From Thalassobaculaceae bacterium (GTDB taxonomy: Bacteria > Pseudomonadota > Alphaproteobacteria > Thalassobaculales > Thalassobaculaceae), in NCBI GenBank assembly GCA_965228875.1, contig OZ245843.1, forward strand, positions 2,028,616 to 2,092,615: 64,000 nt of DNA, in the 5' to 3' direction. Below are positions 23,335 through 32,540 of this stretch, piece after piece; position 1 is the stretch's first letter; each line of letters begins with the position of its first letter. The position numbers were made by a program, and so were the translations under genes. The notes beneath the pieces were generated by a model. The model was not told the DNA's origin. It was given only the letters and a program-made list of their open reading frames with translations, and did no database searches.

Positions 23335-23505
23335 CTACGCGCCGTCGTCGTCGTTCCGCTGTGCCGGCATGTCGGATGCCTCGGCGGGCGTTTCCGCAGG
23401 CGTCTCGGACGCGGCCTTCTTCTCCGCGGCCCGTTTGGCCTTCTTCTCCATCTTCAGGCGCTCACGCTCTCGGCGCTCGAAACTGTAGTTGGGTTTTCTG
23501 GCCAT
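23335..23505 (-). CDS. Small basic protein, 56 aa (not in the ORF track)
   Basis: MARKPNYSFERRERERLKMEKKAKRAAEKKAASETPAETPAEASDMPAQRNDDDGA; resembles small KPNYxFE proteins of proteobacteria. Confidence 0.7.
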   Translation of the reverse strand: MARKPNYSFERRERERLKMEKKAKRAAEKKAASETPAETPAEASDMPAQRNDDDGA

Positions 23506-23574
23506 AGGCCTGCATCCATTAGGTTCGTGTGACGGCCGGAGTTCCCGGAACCGGGTCCGCGTCGGGGACGCCCC

Positions 23575-23683
23575 GGGCCATTTCCAGGGGCGTTTTCGGG
23601 AATTTTCCCCCGGGAGTTCCCCCTGGGATTTTCTCCCCGGGAGATTTCCACCGGGAGAGTTCCCCGAGAGTTTCCCCCCGGGG
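23575..23683. repeat. Degenerate tandem array of about 8 semi-palindromic 11-14 bp units (GGGA-N1-3-TTCCCC-like)
   Basis: gggccatttcca/ggggcgttttc/gggaattttccccc/gggagttccccct/gggattttctcccc/gggagatttccacc/gggagagttcccc/gagagtttcccccc. Confidence 0.75.
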
Positions 23684-23697
23684 CAACCGACATGTGG

Positions 23698-23907
23698 TCA
23701 GTCGATGACCGAGAGGTTCTCCGCGGCCGGCTTGCCGTCGCGGCCGTCCCGCAGTTCGAAGGAGACCTTCTGCCCCTCGTTCAACGTGTGCAGACCGGCC
23801 CGTTCAACGGCCGAGATGTGGACGAAGGCGTCCTTGCCGCCGTTCTCCGGCTCGATGAAACCGAAACCCTTGGTCGAATTGAACCACTTAACAGTACCGT
23901 TAGCCAT
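23698..23907 (-). CDS. cspA: Cold-shock protein
   Basis: [21 protein letters not shown]. Confidence 0.95.
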   Translation of the reverse strand: MANGTVKWFNSTKGFGFIEPENGGKDAFVHISAVERAGLHTLNEGQKVSFELRDGRDGKPAAENLSVID

Positions 23908-24150
23908 GTGAAGTCCTCAAACATGCGTTACGGGTCCGCGGGATTCCGGCAGACGCCGGCGCGGCCTTCTGAGCGATGACATTGTCGGGGGATAGCGGCG
24001 CTAAACGGTGTCGCCGGCCACGCCTGACGACACCAAACGAATGTATCACAGTTCCCTCTAACGTAGAGGTCGACGCCGCGAAGTCAATGACTCTGCATCA
24101 ACGGCAGAGTGGCGACCCAAGCCACCGATGGGGGCCAAACGTCGATCTTC

Positions 24151-24175
24151 GCAAATGATACTCAGAATCGTTTGC
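24151..24175. promoter_or_regulatory. Fur-box-like inverted repeat GCAAATGATACTCAGAATCGTTTGC
   Basis: AT-rich dyad about 90 bp upstream of the TonB-dependent receptor. Confidence 0.6.
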
Positions 24176-24262
24176 ATTAACGGTCCTGCATGGACATACT
24201 CCGCGGCGCCTCGGGTGGGAGCGGGGCGGCCACACAACCATTGACCGGGGGGTCGACGGAGC

Positions 24263-26203
24263 ATGTCCGCACGCTCTTTGGCGCGCGTATTCGGCGCGTT
24301 TTCACTGTCCTTGATGTCTACCGCCGCAACCGCGGAGGTATTCGAACTGAAACCGGTGGTCGTCACCGGATCCAACACCCACGAGTCGCAGAAGGTCCGG
24401 ACCCAGGTCGACAACGCGTATAACAGCAGCCGGTCGGCCTCGGAGGTCGACGGCAGCGTCGTGCAGAACCTGAACCCGATCAACAAGGGCGACGCCCTGC
24501 GCTACAACGCCACCGGCCTCATCAGCCAGCCGTTCAGCGGCGACCGGTTCGGCGGCGGCACCAAGATCCGCACCTTCGGCGACTGGGGCGCCTCCCAGTC
24601 GATCGACGGCTTGCCGGCGGTGAAGTTTCAGGGCGGCGACGGCGGCGGCTTCGGGGACACGATCATCCCCTCGATCGCCGTCGACAAGATCACGGTGCAG
24701 AAGGGCGGCCGCGGCGTGCGCTACGGCGATGGCAGCGATGGCGGCGTCGTCGACACTCGGATCAAGTCCGGCCGCGATTACACGGATCACCAGGCGATCA
24801 GCCTGGACGCCAGCTCAGCGCGGGAGGGCCTCGCCCAGGGCGAGATCGCAGACCACGGCGACAACTGGGACTACTACGCGGCGGCCAACGGGTTCTACGG
24901 CCACTACGACGGCGACCCCGAGAACCTGGACGAGCAGTCGGTGCTCGGCGGCCTCGGCAAGCTCGGTTACAACTTCGGCGACGACACGCGGGTCGAGATG
25001 CTGGCCATCGGCGACCGCAACCGTCCCGACATCATCCGCAACGGCGAGGTTCAGGACATCCGGAACCATACCCTGTTCGGGTCCCTGACCCTGGACCACC
25101 GGTTGAACGACGCGCAGGCGCTGCAGGTCGGTCTCCTCGCCTCGGACGCCCGGACGCAATGGGACGCCCGCAACCGCGACCGCAGCGTCGCCAACCAGGT
25201 CCTGTTCGCCAACCACTTCCTGAGCGCCGCCCTGTCCGACGGCATCGACTATGACGGCTCGCTCGGTGCCGAGGTCAAGCGCACCAACATGGAGCGCGAC
25301 AAGATCTGGGACAACACGTTCACGGACTACGCGTTGAAGTCGACCAACGCCGTCACCTTCAACGACAACCTGACCGTGACCGGCGGCCTGCGCCATACCT
25401 GGTTCACGAACGATGTGAACTACGACGGTCAGGAGTACGACACGCTGTCGACCGACGGCGTGCTCTCGTACCAGGTCGGCGCCTCCTACAACGTCCTTGA
25501 GCGGACCCGCGTGCGGGTGTCCTACGCCTCGGGCTTCAACCGCTTCTTCGAGAAGTACGGCAACTTCGGCACCGACGTTCTGGACACCGCCGGCGCCGGC
25601 GACGAGGTGGTCGAGTCCCGCACCATCGAGGCCGGGATCAACCAGAGCTGGGCGGACGGCTATGTCGATCTGGCGCTGTTCAACATCGTCCAGGACAACG
25701 TCCCGCGGCGGGACAACGGCGCCATCGAGAGCGTCGAGGTCGATCAGTCGGGGCTGGAGGCGGAACTGCTGGCCCGCGTCACCGACAAGCTGACGGTCTC
25801 GGCCGGCTACATGCGGGTGATCGAACTCGAGGCGACCCGCGCCGACGGCACAGAGGTCAACGGCAACATCTTCTGGGGCGGCCAGGCCACCTCGGTGCCG
25901 GAGAACCAGTTCAGCCTGCGCCTGGACTACCGGCTGAACGACACCGTCGGCCTGTACACCGCCGCCTATCACTCCACCGGCTACGAGGCGGTGGGCGCCG
26001 ACGGCGACGTGACGGAGCGCGACGGCTTCACCCGCTGGGACATGGGCGTGAGCTGGTGGGCCGCGGATAACTGGGCGCTCCGGGCCCGGGTCGAGAACAT
26101 CCTCGACGAGCGAGACTTCGGTTCGACCGTCAAGGGCGTGACGGTGGACGACGAGGGCAAGCTCGGCCGAGTGTTCTGGCTCGGCACCGATTTCGTCTTC
26201 TGA
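24263..26203 (+). CDS. TonB-dependent outer-membrane receptor
   Basis: Signal peptide, PVVVTG TonB box, plug motif ITVQKGGRGVRYGDGSDGGVV, ENILD...C-terminal Phe. Confidence 0.92.
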   Translation: MSARSLARVFGAFSLSLMSTAATAEVFELKPVVVTGSNTHESQKVRTQVDNAYNSSRSASEVDGSVVQNLNPINKGDALRYNATGLISQPFSGDRFGGGTKIRTFGDWGASQSIDGLPAVKFQGGDGGGFGDTIIPSIAVDKITVQKGGRGVRYGDGSDGGVVDTRIKSGRDYTDHQAISLDASSAREGLAQGEIADHGDNWDYYAAANGFYGHYDGDPENLDEQSVLGGLGKLGYNFGDDTRVEMLAIGDRNRPDIIRNGEVQDIRNHTLFGSLTLDHRLNDAQALQVGLLASDARTQWDARNRDRSVANQVLFANHFLSAALSDGIDYDGSLGAEVKRTNMERDKIWDNTFTDYALKSTNAVTFNDNLTVTGGLRHTWFTNDVNYDGQEYDTLSTDGVLSYQVGASYNVLERTRVRVSYASGFNRFFEKYGNFGTDVLDTAGAGDEVVESRTIEAGINQSWADGYVDLALFNIVQDNVPRRDNGAIESVEVDQSGLEAELLARVTDKLTVSAGYMRVIELEATRADGTEVNGNIFWGGQATSVPENQFSLRLDYRLNDTVGLYTAAYHSTGYEAVGADGDVTERDGFTRWDMGVSWWAADNWALRARVENILDERDFGSTVKGVTVDDEGKLGRVFWLGTDFVF

Positions 26204-26219
26204 GCCTGAAGGAAACCAA

Positions 26220-27317
26220 ATGCGGTACCGCACACTGAGACGGTTGCACCTGTGGGTGTCGCTGATTGCGGCGGTACCGCTCCTGGTTCTGAGCCTGTCC
26301 GGCGCGCTGTTGGTGTACGCACCCGAGTTGCAGCGTGCGCTCGACGGGCAGGCTCGGAGCACCGGCCCGGTCGGCGCATCGCTGTCTCCCACCGCGATCG
26401 TCGACCGGGTCGCCCAGCAAGAACCCGACCTCGGGATCTGGTCGATCTCCGTCGCCAAGCCGGATGTCTGGACGGCCTGGCTTTCCGATGGAGCCGGCGT
26501 GATCCGGATCGAACCCGCCACCGGCGATATCCTGGAGCACTTCCATCCCAGGGACCGGTTCGAGGGCTGGCTGACCGCCCTGCACCGCCGCTACCTGGTC
26601 GACGGCCCCGCCTCCAAGTGGGTCCGGCACGGCGTGTCGGCGGTGGCGCTGCTGATGATCGTCCAGTTCGCGGTGGGCCTCTGGCTGTGGCTCAAGCCGC
26701 CGTCCCCGTTCCGACGGTTGCCGGTGAGCTTCAGGCAGGGCACGCGGTTCGCCGTCCTGCGCCTGCACCAGGCGACCGGCATCGCCAGCTTCCTGATCCT
26801 GACCGCCGTGTCGCTGACCGGCATGGCCATGTACTGGCACGACCCGATGCGCGTCGCGCTGGAATGGGTCACCGCCTCCAAGGTCGAGGAGGCGCAGCCG
26901 CCGAAGGTGGCGGGGCTCGCGCCGCTGAAGAACCTCGAAGCCGGCATCGCCGCCGCGCGTGAGGCGGCACCCGGCGCCGCGCTCAATCATTTCCGCCTGC
27001 CGCGCCACCCGGGCGACGCCATGGTGGTCGGATTGATGCCCGAGGGCGGCGGCGAGGGTCAGGCGACGCGGATCTGGGTCGGCGACGATCCGGCACGGGT
27101 GCTCTACGTCTTCGCCGCCACCGACGCCAATCTCGCGACCACGCTCTGGCACATGCGCTACATGATCCATGTGGGCAAGTTCGCCGGACCGCTCGTGCGC
27201 GCACTCTGGGTCGTCGTCGCCCTCATCCCCGCCGCCTTCGTCGTCTCCGGCCTGTGGCTGTATCTCGGCCGGCGCCGTCGCGAGGCCCGCGCCCGCACAC
27301 CGGTGACCGCCACTTAG
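26220..27317 (+). CDS. PepSY-associated TM-helix protein (iron-regulated membrane protein)
   Basis: RRLHLWVSL, LHRRYL, LRLHQATG, YMIHVG, SGLWLY. Confidence 0.9.
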   Translation: MRYRTLRRLHLWVSLIAAVPLLVLSLSGALLVYAPELQRALDGQARSTGPVGASLSPTAIVDRVAQQEPDLGIWSISVAKPDVWTAWLSDGAGVIRIEPATGDILEHFHPRDRFEGWLTALHRRYLVDGPASKWVRHGVSAVALLMIVQFAVGLWLWLKPPSPFRRLPVSFRQGTRFAVLRLHQATGIASFLILTAVSLTGMAMYWHDPMRVALEWVTASKVEEAQPPKVAGLAPLKNLEAGIAAAREAAPGAALNHFRLPRHPGDAMVVGLMPEGGGEGQATRIWVGDDPARVLYVFAATDANLATTLWHMRYMIHVGKFAGPLVRALWVVVALIPAAFVVSGLWLYLGRRRREARARTPVTAT

Positions 27318-27385
27318 CGGATTGCCCCCTCGCCCGCGCCATGGTGCAGTCGCCAGTCAATGACGCACGGGCTGGAGGCGCCGCC

Positions 27386-28330
27386 ATGGCAGGAGATCCG
27401 AGGTTTCAACCGGTCGACGCGGCGGTGGTGCCGCGCTTCGCCGATGTCGCCACCTTCATGCGCACCCGGCGCCACGACGTGCATCCGGACGTGGATATCG
27501 GTCTGGTCGGCGTGCCGTTCGACCTGGGCGTCAACTACCGCACCGGCGCGCGCCAGGGGCCGGCCGGCGTGCGCGAGGCCTCGCGGCTGATCCGCAAGGT
27601 CCACCCCACCCTCGGCACCCGGCCGTTCGAGACCCGCAACGTCGCCGACCTCGGGGATGCGCCGGTCAACCCACTGGACAAGGTCAAGTCGCTGGACCTG
27701 ATCCAAGGCTTCTTCGAAGAGCTCCGGGACCACGCCATCGTGCCGATCTCGGTCGGCGGCGACCACACCATCCCGACGCCGATCCTGCGCGGCCTGGTCA
27801 AGGACGGCCCCGTCGGCATCCTGCAGATCGACAGCCATCCCGATACCCTGGCCGATCTCTGCGGCGACACCCTGAACCATGCGACCTTCATGCGCCTCGG
27901 CATCGAGGAGGGCTGGATCGACCCGAAACGCGTGGTCCAGCTCGGCCTGCGCGGCAGCCGGTTCGGCGACGACATCCAGTACGGCCTCGACCAGGGCTTC
28001 ACCGTCATCACCATGGACGACTACGAGGACCTGGGCCGGGCCGAGACCATCCGGCGCATCCACGCCACACTGGGGGACGAGGCGTTCTACCTGACCCTGG
28101 ACATCGACGGGGTCGACCCGGCCTACTGCCCGGGCACGGCGGTGCCGGAGATCGGCGGCCTGATCCCCCGCGACCTGCAGGTCATCATCCGCTCCCTCGC
28201 CGGCAAGCCGATCATCGGCGCGGATATCAGCGAGGTCGCACCCTGCTTCGATCCGACCGGCATCACCTGCGTCACGGCGGCCAACCTGATGTTCGAGATG
28301 CTGTGCGCGATTGCGGAGGGGCGGAAGTAA
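27386..28330 (+). CDS. Ureohydrolase (agmatinase/guanidinobutyrase family) 1
   Basis: PRFADVATFMR, GVPFD, GGDHT, DSHPD, DIDGVDP, EVAP. Confidence 0.92.
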   Translation: MAGDPRFQPVDAAVVPRFADVATFMRTRRHDVHPDVDIGLVGVPFDLGVNYRTGARQGPAGVREASRLIRKVHPTLGTRPFETRNVADLGDAPVNPLDKVKSLDLIQGFFEELRDHAIVPISVGGDHTIPTPILRGLVKDGPVGILQIDSHPDTLADLCGDTLNHATFMRLGIEEGWIDPKRVVQLGLRGSRFGDDIQYGLDQGFTVITMDDYEDLGRAETIRRIHATLGDEAFYLTLDIDGVDPAYCPGTAVPEIGGLIPRDLQVIIRSLAGKPIIGADISEVAPCFDPTGITCVTAANLMFEMLCAIAEGRK

Positions 28331-29334
28331 AGTCCAGCTCTCTTAGCGACCTTACGGACTGATGCCACGGCAGCCGGAGCACAGAAGCCACCTTACTCAC
28401 CGATCGAAGAATGTTTTCAACATCAAAACCTGTTACTCTAAGTCGAAAACAGAACTTCCCAGAAGCAGAGAAGACGGTGCGGCGCGAGTATATTTAGATG
28501 GATCAGGCAGAGTCAAGAGTCAGAGACTACCTAGAGCATATTGGTATTACTGACATCAAATATGAACCAGATGGCAATGTTCCGCCGGATTTTTTGATCG
28601 AAGGACAAATTGCTGTTGAAGTTAGGCGCCTCAATCAAAATACGAAACCTATCAACGGGCGGTTCGAAGGCCTGGAACAAGATTTTCAACGAATATCAGG
28701 CAGAATTGAAAAAATTGCTTCACGAATAAATCCAAGAATCAATAACGAGAGTTGGTTTCTAATTATCGAATTTAAGCGGCCTATCGAAGAGTGGAAATTA
28801 GTTAAAAATGAAATAAGAAAGAAACTTAAGAATTTCTCAGAATCACCAGATCGAAAAGACGATAGCATCATATCAGTCCCATCAATCAAAATAGAACTAA
28901 TAAGAGCATCTTGGGTTTATGAGAAATTTTTTGTGATGGGCGGAATTATAGATTTTGACTCTGGCGGCTGGGTGGTGTCGGAGATGAAACGAAACATAGA
29001 TATTTGTATGAGAGACAAAGAGCAAAAAATAAAGGGATATTATCATAATTATCCCAATTGGTGGCTTATTCTCATCGATCAAATTTCTAATGGATTATCT
29101 AAGCATGAACAGAATGAACTTCGACACTATTGTAATAAAGAAACAGTTTTCGATAAAATTATCATCGTAACTTCGAGCGGATCGCTTTCTGGGTTTGTTC
29201 TTTAACAAATCAATTCTGCACTACATCATCGAAAATAAATACCAAAATTTATCGGCAAATCTAAGAGCTTCCATTTTATGATCGAGATAGACAACCTTGC
29301 CCCAGCATTTTGAACTCTCGGATGAACAGAACAA
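28331..29334. other. AT-rich islet, probably horizontally acquired
   Basis: Abrupt drop in GC between two convergent GC-rich genes; many AAA/ATA/TTA/AGA codons. Confidence 0.85.
28498..29205 (+). CDS. Hypothetical protein, possible PD-(D/E)xK-fold nuclease
   Basis: 235-aa ORF filling the AT-rich islet; E...PPDFLIEGQIAVEVRRL motif. Confidence 0.7.
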   Translation: MDQAESRVRDYLEHIGITDIKYEPDGNVPPDFLIEGQIAVEVRRLNQNTKPINGRFEGLEQDFQRISGRIEKIASRINPRINNESWFLIIEFKRPIEEWKLVKNEIRKKLKNFSESPDRKDDSIISVPSIKIELIRASWVYEKFFVMGGIIDFDSGGWVVSEMKRNIDICMRDKEQKIKGYYHNYPNWWLILIDQISNGLSKHEQNELRHYCNKETVFDKIIIVTSSGSLSGFVL

Positions 29335-30126
29335 CTAGGCTGCACTCTGTCGCGCCAAGTCCGCCGCCAGGGCGGCCGCGATCTCCTGCAAGGGTGCAGC
29401 CAGTGCCGCCGCCGCGTCGTCCGCGCTCAGGGCCGAGCGCAGGTACAACACGTTGATGCAGGCGAAGATCGTCTCGCCGTCGCGGATCGGCACGCCGATG
29501 CTGCTGATCCGGTTCTCGTATTCCCGCGCCATGTAGGCGGGATCCATCGTCGCATAGCCGGCGGCGCGGATCCCGGCGAACAGGTCCCGCGCGAGGCCCC
29601 GGTCGCGGGCGATCGCGTTCCAGGGAGCCGGGTCGGCGGCCACACCGTCGAGGATCGCCGCCCGCTCAGCGGGACCGCAGAACGCCGCATAGGCGAGGCC
29701 CAGCGACGTGGCCAGCATCGGCGCCCGGTATCCGGGCCCGCGGTTGACGAAGATCGGCCCGGCCTCGCGCGAGGTCTCGACCACGATCATCGCGTCGCCG
29801 TCGCGGATCGCCACGTCCGAGGGCCAGCCGATCCGCCGGCGGAAGTCGCCGAGCCTGGGTGCCACGGCGGCGCCCACCGCGCTGTGCGCCCGGTAGCCGG
29901 CGCTGAGTTGCAGGGTCTTGCCCGCGGCGTGGTACAGCCGGGTGTCGTCGTCGCGCACCACATATCCCGCGTGCGCCAGGGTCTCCAGCATCCGCAGGAT
30001 CGTTGCCTTGTCGAGCCCGACCAGCCGGTGAATCTCCGCCAGGCTGGCGCGTCCGGCGAGGCGGTTGACCGCCGCCAGCACATCCAGACACCGAAGCACC
30101 GAAGTCACCGGGCGGTATGACGCCAC
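29335..30126 (-). CDS. IclR family regulator (MhpR-like)
   Basis: YRPVTSVLRCLDVL...GLDKATILRMLETL HTH, IGWPSD, TSLGLAY. Confidence 0.9.
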   Translation of the reverse strand: MASYRPVTSVLRCLDVLAAVNRLAGRASLAEIHRLVGLDKATILRMLETLAHAGYVVRDDDTRLYHAAGKTLQLSAGYRAHSAVGAAVAPRLGDFRRRIGWPSDVAIRDGDAMIVVETSREAGPIFVNRGPGYRAPMLATSLGLAYAAFCGPAERAAILDGVAADPAPWNAIARDRGLARDLFAGIRAAGYATMDPAYMAREYENRISSIGVPIRDGETIFACINVLYLRSALSADDAAAALAAPLQEIAAALAADLARQSAA

Positions 30127-30143
30127 CGTTCCCGACCTTTCGT

Positions 30144-30162
30144 AATTTCATCATATGAAATT
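30144..30162. promoter_or_regulatory. Perfect 8-3-8 inverted repeat AATTTCAT-CAT-ATGAAATT, likely IclR operator
   Basis: Lies in the divergent promoter between the IclR gene and the acyl-CoA dehydrogenase. Confidence 0.7.
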
Positions 30163-30247
30163 CTATTTCATTTACACTCTAACAGGCGCGGCACAGAGTG
30201 CCAACCGACTTCACCAAGAACCGATTGCACGAGCGGAGGAACCACCG

Positions 30248-31408
30248 GTGGACTTTCGACTGACCGAGGATCAGCAGGCCCTGCGCGACACCGCGCGCCA
30301 GTTCGCCCAGACCGAGATGCCGGCGGTCGCCAGGGAACTGGAGGAGAAGGACGAGGCGATCTCGAAGGAGTGGCTGAAGCGCTATGCCGAGATGGGGTTC
30401 CTCGGCATCAACGTCTCGCCGGAGCTCGGCGGCCTCGGCCTCGGCAACCTGGAGGCGCTGATCGTCCTGGAGGAGTTCGCCAAGGTCTCCCCCGCCGTCG
30501 CCTTCCCGATCTTCGAGAGCTCGGTCGGCCCGATCCGCGCGGTCGAGCATTTCGCCGGCGGCGATCTGGCGAAATCCGTGGTGCCGAAGGTCTGCGCCGG
30601 CGAGATCGTCTGCGCCGTCGCCATGTCCGAGCCCGATGCGGGGACCGCGCTGACCGACCTGAAGACCCGCGCCGTGCTGGACGGCGACCACTACATCCTC
30701 AACGGTCAGAAGCGCTGGTGCTCCGGCGGCGGCCATTCCGACAGCTACGTGGTCTACACCAAGCTCTCCGACGAGCCGGGGGCGAAGGGCATCGGCGCGC
30801 TCTACGTGGAGAAGGACCGCGACGGCGTGTCCTTCGGTCCGCGCGAGCGGCTGATGGGTTTCCGCGGCATTCCGTCCGCCGACATCTTCTTCGAGGAGGT
30901 GCGGGTGCCGAAGGAGAACCTGATCGTCCCGGCCGGCGGCTTCAAGAAACTGATGGAGGCGTTCGATCTGGAGCGCTGCGGCAATTCCACCATGTGCCTC
31001 GGCATCGCCCAGGCGGCGCTGGACCAGGCGCTCGACTACGTTCAGGAACGCAAGGCGTTCGGCAAGGAACTGGTCGAGTTCCAGGCGGTGCAGATGAAGC
31101 TCGCCGAGATGGCGCTGAAGGTGGAGGCCTCGCGGCTGCTGATCTGGCGCGCCGCCCAGAACGCCGAGGACGGCCTGCCGAGCATCCTCGACAGCTCGCT
31201 CGCCAAGTGCTTCTCGAACGAGATGGTGCGCGAGGTCACCGGTGCGGCGCTTCAAGTCATGGGCGGCTACGGCTACGCCAAGGAGTATGGTATGGAGCAG
31301 CGGATGCGCGACGGCTGGGGCTGGGGCATCGCCGGCGGCGCGATCGACATCCAGAAGATCAACATCGCCAGCGCCCTGGTCGGCAGACGGTTCAACCAGC
31401 GGGCCTGA
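30248..31408 (+). CDS. Acyl-CoA dehydrogenase
   Basis: GTG start after GGAGG; AMSEPDAGT, NGQKRW, RKAFGK, QVMGGYGY. Confidence 0.95.
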   Translation: MDFRLTEDQQALRDTARQFAQTEMPAVARELEEKDEAISKEWLKRYAEMGFLGINVSPELGGLGLGNLEALIVLEEFAKVSPAVAFPIFESSVGPIRAVEHFAGGDLAKSVVPKVCAGEIVCAVAMSEPDAGTALTDLKTRAVLDGDHYILNGQKRWCSGGGHSDSYVVYTKLSDEPGAKGIGALYVEKDRDGVSFGPRERLMGFRGIPSADIFFEEVRVPKENLIVPAGGFKKLMEAFDLERCGNSTMCLGIAQAALDQALDYVQERKAFGKELVEFQAVQMKLAEMALKVEASRLLIWRAAQNAEDGLPSILDSSLAKCFSNEMVREVTGAALQVMGGYGYAKEYGMEQRMRDGWGWGIAGGAIDIQKINIASALVGRRFNQRA

Positions 31409-31452
31409 CGCCTTCGGGCGGCCGGCGCGCGGAAGCAAAGGGGGCCGACCGG

Positions 31453-32466
31453 ATGGACCGCAAGGGGCTTCTGCGCCGGTACATCGACCTGAACACGGCG
31501 CGGGTGCTGGAGATCGGCCCCCTCGCCTCCCCGCTGGTCGGCCCCGCCGACGCACGGGTCGACTATGTCGACCACCTCGACACCGACGGCCTGCGCCGGG
31601 CCTATCGCGGCCATTCCGGCGTCGATTCCGATGCCATCGTCGAGATCACCCATGTCTGGAGCGACGGCACCTTCGCCGATGCCGTCGGCACGACGGAGGC
31701 TTACGACGCCATCGTCTCCAGCCACGTGTTCGAGCACCTGCCCAACCCAGTGCAGTGGCTGATCGACGCCCACACGGTGCTGGCGCCCGGCGGACAGATC
31801 TACATGGTGGTGCCGGACATGCGGTTCACCTTCGACCGATACCGCGCGAGGACACGTGCCGGCGAGTGGGTCGCCGCCTATCTGGAGCAACGGACACGTC
31901 CCGGCGCCGGGCAGATCTACGACTACAACGCCAACGTGGTCCACGTTCCGCCGGACCATGGCTGGGCGCCGGAGCCCGATGGCGGGTTCGGCCGCGTTCA
32001 CGACGCCACGGCGGCGATGGAGAAGGCCCGCTACGCCGCCGAGACCGAGACCTATCTCGACGCCCATTGCAGCGTCTTCACGCCGGCCAGCCTGCTCCGT
32101 CTGTTCGCGGAGATCGACGCCCTGAACCTGTTCCCGTTCGAGGTTGCCGCGGTGCACCCGACGGAAGCGAACGACATCGAGTTCGCCGTCGTCCTGCGCC
32201 GCATCGACCTGCCGCCGCGCCCGCAGCTCACCCGCGAGGTCGATCAGGCGCTGGCCCGCGAGGCGGGCTATGACGGCGCGTTCGGCTCGGGCGGCTTTTC
32301 CGCCGCCATGGCCGCGGACCCCGGCCTCGAGGCCCGGCACCTCGCTCTCAAGCGCAAGTGGATCCGCGACGCCGCCGCCGCGCGCGGGACGGAGACCCGC
32401 GTTCCGGCCCTCGATCCGGTCCTGCACGACGACTGGCCCGCACCGGACGATCCGAGACTGGCGTAG
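31453..32466 (+). CDS. SAM-dependent methyltransferase-like protein
   Basis: VLEIGPL, VDYVD, SSHVFEHLPNP, LAPGG, VPDMRFTFD. Confidence 0.85.
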   Translation: MDRKGLLRRYIDLNTARVLEIGPLASPLVGPADARVDYVDHLDTDGLRRAYRGHSGVDSDAIVEITHVWSDGTFADAVGTTEAYDAIVSSHVFEHLPNPVQWLIDAHTVLAPGGQIYMVVPDMRFTFDRYRARTRAGEWVAAYLEQRTRPGAGQIYDYNANVVHVPPDHGWAPEPDGGFGRVHDATAAMEKARYAAETETYLDAHCSVFTPASLLRLFAEIDALNLFPFEVAAVHPTEANDIEFAVVLRRIDLPPRPQLTREVDQALAREAGYDGAFGSGGFSAAMAADPGLEARHLALKRKWIRDAAAARGTETRVPALDPVLHDDWPAPDDPRLA

Positions 32467-32540
32467 AGAAAATCACGGTTGGACGGAAAGCTCTGACCGG
32501 GTGAATCCGCCTTATCTGTGATGGTTCAGGGGGGGCGGCG

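Noticed and set aside
23575..23683. CRISPR array or NF-kB-like sites
   Set aside because: Units are too short and degenerate with no spacers; resemblance to a eukaryotic motif is coincidental
28331..29334. IS element or integron cassette
   Set aside because: No transposase, terminal inverted repeats, target duplication or attC-like site recognised
30370..31452. N-terminal extension of the 698-aa ORF 30370-32466
   Set aside because: Overlaps the acyl-CoA dehydrogenase out of frame; methyltransferase-like sequence begins at 31453
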